From Anaeromyxobacteraceae bacterium (GTDB lineage: Bacteria > Myxococcota > Myxococcia > Myxococcales > Anaeromyxobacteraceae): DNA of 13,248 nt. How positions within the stretch are numbered: the stretch's first letter is position 1; each line of letters opens with the position of its first letter. The DNA is taken from contig JBGQLS010000143.1 of the NCBI GenBank assembly GCA_041500205.1, positions 1-13,248 of the forward strand, written 5' to 3'. The notes under the pieces are model-generated. The model made no database searches. It saw only the letters and a program-made list of their open reading frames with translations, and was not told the origin of the DNA. Shown piece after piece: positions 8,455 through 13,248 of this stretch. The position numbers were made by a program, and so were the translations under genes.

Positions 8455-8471
8455 TGGAACGGAGCGTTCCA
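8455..8471. promoter_or_regulatory. Perfect palindrome TGGAACG-GAG-CGTTCCA about 140 bp upstream of the di-heme cytochrome gene. Candidate operator.
   Basis: Exact 7-bp inverted arms read in the sequence. It sits within a 445-bp lower-GC non-coding region (8318-8763). Confidence 0.25.
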
Positions 8472-8763
8472 CTCCTGACGGCGCGATTTCACGTACAGGA
8501 AATAGAGCGCCGGCCCCGTCGACCGTTTCGTCCGCTATCCCTTGATCTTGGGGCATCCGCGAGAGCGACCAATTGCTCACGCACGTGCACGCCACGGCTC
8601 GGGAGGCCGCCTGATCGGAGGCCGGGAGCTACCCACCAGGGCCAGCACGGTTAGTAGAAACAGCGTGCGACCGCGCAATGTGGACCAATTCGCGATTAGG
8701 TGCGCACTGGTAACACATTGGACTCACTTCACGCACATGAGCTGACATGGAGAGCCGTGGCGC

Positions 8764-9645
8764 TCACCGCCGACGAAGCGTGAGGGCGATGCCCGTCAGG
8801 ATCGCGGCACCCGACAGCGCGATGCGCAGCGTGAGGCGCTCGCCCAGCAGCACCGTCGCCCCGACGCCTGCGAGCAGGGGCACCGCGAGCTGCACGGTGG
8901 CGGCGCGCGTCGCGCCGAGTGCAGGGACCACCTCGTACCAGAGGCTGTATCCTCCTCCCGACGCGAGCGCGCCCGACGCGACCGCGAGCAGGACGCCCGG
9001 TCCGGTCGGGGCGAAGTCCCGCAGGAACGCGGCGCTCAACGCGATGGCGAACGGGACGGCCAGCAGGAAGTTGTCAGCGTTCGTCGCCAGCGGATCGGGA
9101 GCGGAGCGACCGCGGAGCGAGTAGGAACCCCAGGCCGCGCCGGCGGCGATCATGAGGACGGCGCCGGCCGGATCGGGCGCGGTGGCGCCGGGGAGCGCCA
9201 GGCAGGCGAGGCCGGCGAGCGCCACGGCGATCCCGAGCCACTGGGCGGCGCCCGGGCGCGCACCGCGTGCCGCGCTCCAGCCGAGCATCGTCACCTGGAC
9301 CGTGCCGAAGAGCAGCAGCGCGCCCACCCCGGCCCCGATGCGCACGTAGGCAAGCGAGAACGCGGCCGCGTAGACGAAGAGAGCGAGGCCGGAACCGATG
9401 CTCCCGGTGCGACGGAGAGCGCGCCGCCTGAACGCGACGACGAGCGCGAGCGCGGCTGCGCCGGAGACGAGCCGGACCGACGTGAACGTGGCCGCGTCGA
9501 TCCGCCGATCCCGCAGCGCCGCCCGGCAGAGGAGCGAGTTCGCGGCGAAGCAGAGGAGGGTCGCCGCGGTGAGCGCAGCCGTGCGCGCGCGCGAAGGCGG
9601 GCGTGCCGCGCGGGTGCCCGTCGTCGCTCCGGCTGGCGCGGTCAA
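8764..9645 (-). CDS. EamA/DMT-superfamily (drug/metabolite) transporter, 10 TM
   Basis: 293-aa Ala/Leu/Gly-rich polytopic membrane protein with two EamA-like halves (LLCFAANSLLCRAAL...IDAATFTSVRLVSGAAALALV, and ...FLLAVPFAIALSAAFL...). The only possible start is TTG at 9645, with no in-frame ATG or GTG before aa ~100. No SD was seen upstream. Confidence 0.75.
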   Translation of the reverse strand: MTAPAGATTGTRAARPPSRARTAALTAATLLCFAANSLLCRAALRDRRIDAATFTSVRLVSGAAALALVVAFRRRALRRTGSIGSGLALFVYAAAFSLAYVRIGAGVGALLLFGTVQVTMLGWSAARGARPGAAQWLGIAVALAGLACLALPGATAPDPAGAVLMIAAGAAWGSYSLRGRSAPDPLATNADNFLLAVPFAIALSAAFLRDFAPTGPGVLLAVASGALASGGGYSLWYEVVPALGATRAATVQLAVPLLAGVGATVLLGERLTLRIALSGAAILTGIALTLRRR

Positions 9646-9676
9646 GGGGTGGCTCGGCTCGGTCGCGCGGAGTTGC

Positions 9677-9747
9677 GGGGAGAGAGGGGCTGGCGCCCGA
9701 GGATCGGCCCCCTCACCCTAACCCTCTCTCCCGGTGGGGGAGAGGGG
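9677..9747. repeat. Three copies of a GGGAGAG(AG)GGG / CCCTCTCTCCC motif: GGGGAGAGAGGGG at 9677-9689, CCCTCTCTCCC at 9722-9732 and GGGGGAGAGGGG at 9736-9747. They form alternative hairpins in the SPFH-EamA intergenic region.
   Basis: The middle copy is the exact reverse complement of the first (11/11) and pairs imperfectly (about 10 bp with one bulge) with the third. The same motif family forms the hairpin at 6802-6826. Confidence 0.4.
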
Positions 9748-9787
9748 ATTGGTATGGAATCAAAGGTATTTCTTACTGATTGCTGCT

Positions 9788-10888
9788 CTAGGGCACCTTG
9801 GTGCCGCATTCCGGGCAGAACTTGGCGCCTGGAGCGAGCTCCTTCTTGCAATTGGCGCAGGTGAGCGCCTGAGGCGCACCGCACTCCGCGCAGAACCTGG
9901 CACCCGCGGCGACGGGCTTGTGGCAGGCGCGGCAGGCCACCGTGGCCGGGGCTGCGGCGGGCGCCGCACCTGCCGCGGCTGCGCCGGCGCCGAAGGCGCC
10001 CACCATCGACTGGCCCAGCCCTAGCCCGGCCCCCACGCCCACGCCGAGACCGGCCACGCCCCCCTCGTTCTTGGCCGCGTCGCGCAGCGCGCCCAGCTGC
10101 TCCACGGAGGCGTAGTTGCGCAAGGCGCCGGACTCGACGCCGGAGAGGGCGTTGATGGCCTGGGCCTCGGCCAGCTTGTCGGCGATCTTGCCGATGCGGG
10201 CCCGGGTCTCCTCGTCGAAGTCGGTGTTCTCGATCCGGAAGTCGGTTAGCTCGAAGCCGAGCTTGGCGAGCACCGGGGCGAGCCCGCCCTTCAGCGCGTC
10301 GGAGAGCTCCACCCGGTTCTTGTCGACCTCGGCGTAGCTGAAGCCCGACTCGGCGAGGAGGTCGGTGAGCGGCGTGAGGATCCGGTCGACGAGCGCCGTG
10401 CGCGCCTCGTCGATGGTGTAGGCGTGGCGGACGCTGGTGACGCCGGCGAAGAACCTCTCCGGCTCGGCCAGCCGGAAGGAGAAGTTGCCGAAGGCGCGCA
10501 GGCCGACCGGGAACTTGTACTTGGGGTCGTCGTACTTGATGGGCCCCTTGGACCCCCACTTCTGGTCCAGGAACTCGGTGGTGCGCACGAAGTAGACGTT
10601 GGCCTTGTGCTCCGACTCGAAGGCCTGGAGGATCTTCGTGAGCGTGGTCCAGAACGGGACGTTGGCCGTGGCGAGCTCGGTGAGACCCGGCTCGCGCTGC
10701 ACGGCGCGCACCTTGCCTTCGTAGACGAAGATGGCGGCCTGGCCCGGGTTGACGAGCAGCTTGGAGGCGTTCTTGAGCTCGTCGCCGCTCCCGTCCCACC
10801 GCCAGATCAGCAGGTCCGGCGCCGGATCCGCCCACTCGATGACCGACCGGAGCTGTCGCTTCACTCCACCACCGTCGAAGAGACCCAT
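9788..10888 (-). CDS. SPFH-domain protein of the Band_7_1 / YdjI-like family with a C-terminal double zinc ribbon
   Basis: The N-terminus MGLFDGGGVKRQLRSVIEWADPAPDLLIWRWDGSGDELKNASKLLVNPGQAAIFVYEGKV matches the YdjI-like SPFH start (..viEW.d...l.w.......i..gs.l.V.pgQ.A.fv..G). There is a G/A-rich linker, then two ribbons: CRAC-x10-CAEC and CANC-x10-CPEC. AGGAGG lies 7 nt upstream of the ATG at 10888. Stop is TAG (complement of 9788-9790). Confidence 0.85.
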   Translation of the reverse strand: MGLFDGGGVKRQLRSVIEWADPAPDLLIWRWDGSGDELKNASKLLVNPGQAAIFVYEGKVRAVQREPGLTELATANVPFWTTLTKILQAFESEHKANVYFVRTTEFLDQKWGSKGPIKYDDPKYKFPVGLRAFGNFSFRLAEPERFFAGVTSVRHAYTIDEARTALVDRILTPLTDLLAESGFSYAEVDKNRVELSDALKGGLAPVLAKLGFELTDFRIENTDFDEETRARIGKIADKLAEAQAINALSGVESGALRNYASVEQLGALRDAAKNEGGVAGLGVGVGAGLGLGQSMVGAFGAGAAAAGAAPAAAPATVACRACHKPVAAGARFCAECGAPQALTCANCKKELAPGAKFCPECGTKVP

Positions 10889-10903
10889 GGTCCGTCCTCC
10901 TGG

Positions 10904-12394
10904 TTATGTGTGCGTGTAGTCCTCGTCCTGATCGATCCGCGACAGGAGCCAGTCGAAGGCCGGGGCGCCCACCAGTGCGCCACAGTATCGGCACTGTCCA
11001 GTCTGGCCCGCCGGGAGGCTCGCGCCGCACCCCGAGCAGGTGACGCCGTCGGTCCTCGCGGCCGCGAGCGTCCGCACGAAGGTCCAGTACTCGGTGAAGA
11101 CCCGCGGCGCTTCCCGACCGTCCACCACCCGGCCGCCGTCGTCCACCGACTGGTCCACCATGGAGGCGAAGATCCGGACGGTGATCGCGGCGTAGTACTT
11201 GTCGAGCGAGACCCGCGCGGCGTCGATGCGCGCCACCTGGATCTGGTCGAGCCGGTTGCGCAGACCAGCAGCTTGGTAGGCCTCGATCCAGTAGCGCCAG
11301 GTGGAGAAGACCGCGTCGGTGGCGAGTGGCCGGATGCCGGCGACGTCGCGGTCGCTCCAGGCCCGCTGCAGGCCGAGGAAGACCCGGCCGAAGCGATCGC
11401 GCGCCTTGGCCCAGTCGAAGTCGGGGAGACGCAGCGTCAGCGCCGCGAGATCCGCCGCCAGCGTGGGCGACTGGACGGTGGGCAGCTCGGTGCCGCGCTC
11501 CTCGGCGTAGCCGCCGAGGGCGATGGGGGGCCGGGCCTCCGCCCTGGTGACGAGGACCGTGAGCGCCGCCCAGGCCGCCTCGCCAGGCGCCGGCTTCTGG
11601 CCGCAGTACTGACAGGCGCCGTCCTCGCGCCGCTCGCTGCCGGCGCCGCAGGCCGGGCAGGCCAGCTTCGTGATCTCGCCCGGCCCTTTGGAGCGAACGC
11701 CGGCCTTGCGGATGAAGGTCCAGGTGGTTTGCCACCAGCGCCCACCCGTGGCGCCCGTGGCGGCCAGCGCGACGTCCACGGCGATCCGGGTGGCATCGAT
11801 GCCCGGCGCGATCGAGCGGACGCGTGTGCTCCCCACCACCACGTTCTGCCAGACGCCCGCGCCGAAGGGGAGGAGGACGCGGGAGTCCGCCAGGTACCGC
11901 TCCACCAAGGCCAACCGCGGCGTTCCGGCCGCCGCCACGGCGCGCGCCGCCAGCGCCGCCACGAAGTCGAGGAAGAGCGGCTCGGAGTAGTCGGGATCGG
12001 CCTTGCGGAGCGCCTCGAACTGGAGCTGGCCGCCGCCACCGGAGGCCGCGCGCGAAGAGGCCGTCCGCTCGAGCGTGCCTGCGTCCCCGGTGGTGAAGCC
12101 GCCGCTCACGGCGGTGGAGCGCTTCACCTTCACGAAGAGAACGACGGCCACGACGAGTAGCGGGACGCCGATTGTCGGGTAGCGAAAGAGGATCTCGAGG
12201 AGGAGCAGGATGAACCCGCTGTCATCGCCGCCGCCGCCGCCGTTGGAGAAGCCGCTGCTGCTATCGTGGCTGCCGCCGGAGTAGGACTGGCCGCCGCCGC
12301 CGCGCGCGAGAGCGGCGGTCGCCGTGAGGAACAACGGCGACATGAGCAGGAGGCGCGTCGCGAGCCGGCGCGCGCGCGAACCAGGGCGGCTCAT
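10904..12394 (-). CDS. Secreted or membrane protein with two tandem [Tim44-like (NTF2-fold) domain + CxxC-x11-CxxC zinc ribbon] modules
   Basis: The ORF 10904-13201 is trimmed to the ATG at 12394, because the upstream 269 aa are R/P/G-rich off-frame junk that overlaps the next gene. From 12394 the protein has: a signal peptide MSRPGSRARRLATRLLLMSPLFLTATAALA; a Gly/Ser-rich low-complexity linker; a TM helix ILLLLEILFRYPTIGVPLLVVAVVLF; a Tim44-like domain 1 (...WQTTWTFIRKAG) followed by CPAC-x11-CQYC; and a Tim44-like domain 2 (DFDWAKARDRFGRVFLGLQ...EYWTFVRTL) followed by CSGC-x11-CRYC. The start overlaps the upstream gene's stop (ATGA). TAA stop at 10904-10906. Confidence 0.75.
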   Translation of the reverse strand: MSRPGSRARRLATRLLLMSPLFLTATAALARGGGGQSYSGGSHDSSSGFSNGGGGGDDSGFILLLLEILFRYPTIGVPLLVVAVVLFVKVKRSTAVSGGFTTGDAGTLERTASSRAASGGGGQLQFEALRKADPDYSEPLFLDFVAALAARAVAAAGTPRLALVERYLADSRVLLPFGAGVWQNVVVGSTRVRSIAPGIDATRIAVDVALAATGATGGRWWQTTWTFIRKAGVRSKGPGEITKLACPACGAGSERREDGACQYCGQKPAPGEAAWAALTVLVTRAEARPPIALGGYAEERGTELPTVQSPTLAADLAALTLRLPDFDWAKARDRFGRVFLGLQRAWSDRDVAGIRPLATDAVFSTWRYWIEAYQAAGLRNRLDQIQVARIDAARVSLDKYYAAITVRIFASMVDQSVDDGGRVVDGREAPRVFTEYWTFVRTLAAARTDGVTCSGCGASLPAGQTGQCRYCGALVGAPAFDWLLSRIDQDEDYTHT

Positions 12395-13008
12395 CCTGTC
12401 ACCGGGGCGTCGGGTAGCTCGTTCACGTCGTCGGGGCTGGCGGGCAGATGCCGGGTCGCGACGCGGCGGAGGTGATCGAGGAACGCGAGGAGGGCCTTGG
12501 CCGCGTCGGGTGCGTCGAAGAGGCGCGCCGTCTCGGCGCGGAGGGCGGCGAGCGACGCGGAGGGGAGGGCGCGGGCGAGCCCGTCGTCGGGCAGGAACAC
12601 CGCCCGCCGCTCGAGGAGGGAGAGGTAGACGAGCATGCCGGTGTGGGCGTGGGTCCGGAAGATCGCTTGACGGCAGAAGGCGCTTTCGGCCCCCACCTCC
12701 ACGCGGCGCTCCTTCACCCGGCCCGGCAGGAGGAGCCGCTCGAGCGGAGCCAGCGCGCGGCCGAGCAAGCCCACGAGGAGCGCCAGCCCGGTCGAGTCGA
12801 TGGCCACGTGGAGGGCGCTCACGTCCGGGAAGAAGGCCGCGGCCGCCGCCTGGAAGAGCAGGACCGCGACCAGCGACGCCGTCAGGGTGACGTCCCAGTG
12901 GGCGGCCGAGCGCGGGACGATGGTGACCACCACCTCGGCGGCCGACGACTGCTCGATCCTCTGGACCGCAGCCACGATCTCGCGGCGCAGCGCTTCGTCG
13001 ACACGCAA
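12391..13008 (-). CDS. Divergent TPM (UPF0603/TLP18.3-like) domain protein. Start ambiguous: TTG at 13008 preceded by a perfect AGGAGG (6-nt spacer), or GTG at 13104.
   Basis: EIVAAVQRIEQSSAAEVVVTIVPRS ... HTGMLVYLSLLERRAVFLPDDGLARAL resembles the TPM core (..qvvVvtvps... dnGvLllva..dR.vrievGyGl) with an Ala-rich insertion of about 70 aa. There is no signal peptide or clear TM helix. The TGA stop overlaps the ATG of the downstream gene. Confidence 0.45.
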   Translation of the reverse strand: MRVDEALRREIVAAVQRIEQSSAAEVVVTIVPRSAAHWDVTLTASLVAVLLFQAAAAAFFPDVSALHVAIDSTGLALLVGLLGRALAPLERLLLPGRVKERRVEVGAESAFCRQAIFRTHAHTGMLVYLSLLERRAVFLPDDGLARALPSASLAALRAETARLFDAPDAAKALLAFLDHLRRVATRHLPASPDDVNELPDAPVTG

Positions 13009-13194
13009 CGGGGACCTCCTCCGAACCAGCGAAGGCGACGTTACCCCAACGCCGGTTGTCCGATCTAGACGATTGGTAGAAGGCTCCGCGCCTGGAGCAG
13101 GCACTCAAGTACGCATATATGCCTCGCGGGCTCGTCCTTCGTCCGTCCGTGCTGCGACACCGAAGCTGACGCCTGAAGGCGAGCGGGGCGAGAA

Positions 13195-13209
13195 CTGGCA
13201 CGCTGCCAG
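13195..13209. promoter_or_regulatory. Palindrome CTGGCA-CGC-TGCCAG 20 bp upstream of a plus-strand ATG. It lies in the divergent promoter region, which also contains the AT-rich palindrome GCATATATGC (13113-13122).
   Basis: Exact inverted repeats read in the sequence. The region 13040-13140 is conspicuously lower in GC than its surroundings. Confidence 0.2.
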
Positions 13210-13228
13210 AATGCGCGGGAGGTCTGTC

Positions 13229-13248
13229 ATGGCGACCTCGGCATCTTC
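13229..13248 (+). CDS. Possible 5' end of a plus-strand gene (MATSAS...) that runs off the window
   Basis: ATG at 13229 preceded by GGGAGG with a 6-nt spacer. Only 6 codons are visible. Confidence 0.2.

Noticed and set aside
8318-8455. N-terminal extension of the cytochrome ORF to 8455 (MNACWWHLTRGVV...)
   Set aside because: No RBS, the sequence is Cys/Trp/Arg-rich and unlike a leader peptide, and the strong AGGAG RBS sits in front of the internal ATG at 8317.
10424-12160. 578-aa plus-strand ORF antisense to the SPFH and Tim44-like genes
   Set aside because: Low-complexity G/R/D/E-rich translation and no domain signal. Antisense artefact.
12395-13201. N-terminal 269-aa extension of the track ORF 10904-13201
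   Set aside because: R/P/G-rich and overlaps the TPM-like gene in another frame. The real start is the ATG at 12394, which has a signal peptide immediately after it and an ATGA coupling to the upstream gene.
13196-13212. TGGCAC as a sigma-54 -24 element
   Set aside because: The -12 position reads CAGA rather than TTGC at the required spacing. It is better explained as half of the CTGGCA/TGCCAG palindrome.
1-13248. Mobile element, prophage or CRISPR content
   Set aside because: No transposase, integrase, phage structural genes, tRNA, direct-repeat arrays or flanking inverted repeats were seen. GC content is uniform except for short intergenic patches. This looks like core chromosome.

Overview
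This is a very GC-rich (about 70-75%) bacterial chromosomal window with myxobacterial-type codon usage; I did not see any tRNA, rRNA, CRISPR, transposase or integrase. It contains two gene blocks. Block 1 (1-6800) is an envelope glycolipid modification and export neighbourhood. A GT-C (GT39/GT83, ArnT/PMT-like) glycosyltransferase on the minus strand runs off the window start. It sits divergently from an ArnC/GtrB-like GT2 polyprenyl-phosphate glycosyltransferase. A TolC-like outer-membrane factor and an MMPL/HpnN-type RND exporter follow, and a perfect 11-bp-stem hairpin closes the block. A convergent DUF1111-type di-heme c-type cytochrome on the minus strand follows, with a 445-bp lower-GC upstream region. 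Block 2 (8764-13104, all minus strand) is the most interesting part. An EamA/DMT transporter is preceded by a tightly packed three-gene operon. The operon encodes a divergent TPM/UPF0603-like protein, a secreted or membrane protein carrying two tandem [Tim44-like domain + zinc ribbon] modules, and an SPFH/Band_7_1 (YdjI-like) protein with a C-terminal double zinc ribbon. The first two genes overlap by ATGA, and the second and third are 15 nt apart with an AGGAGG ribosome-binding site (RBS). The domain set recalls the B. subtilis PspA-associated ydjGHI module, but no PspA is present in the window and the architecture is unusual. The SPFH-to-EamA intergenic region holds three copies of a GGGAGAG(AG)GGG / CCCTCTCTCCC motif that can form mutually exclusive hairpins, and the same motif family forms the terminator after the RND gene. 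Many long ORFs in the six-frame track are antisense or off-frame artefacts of the high GC content.
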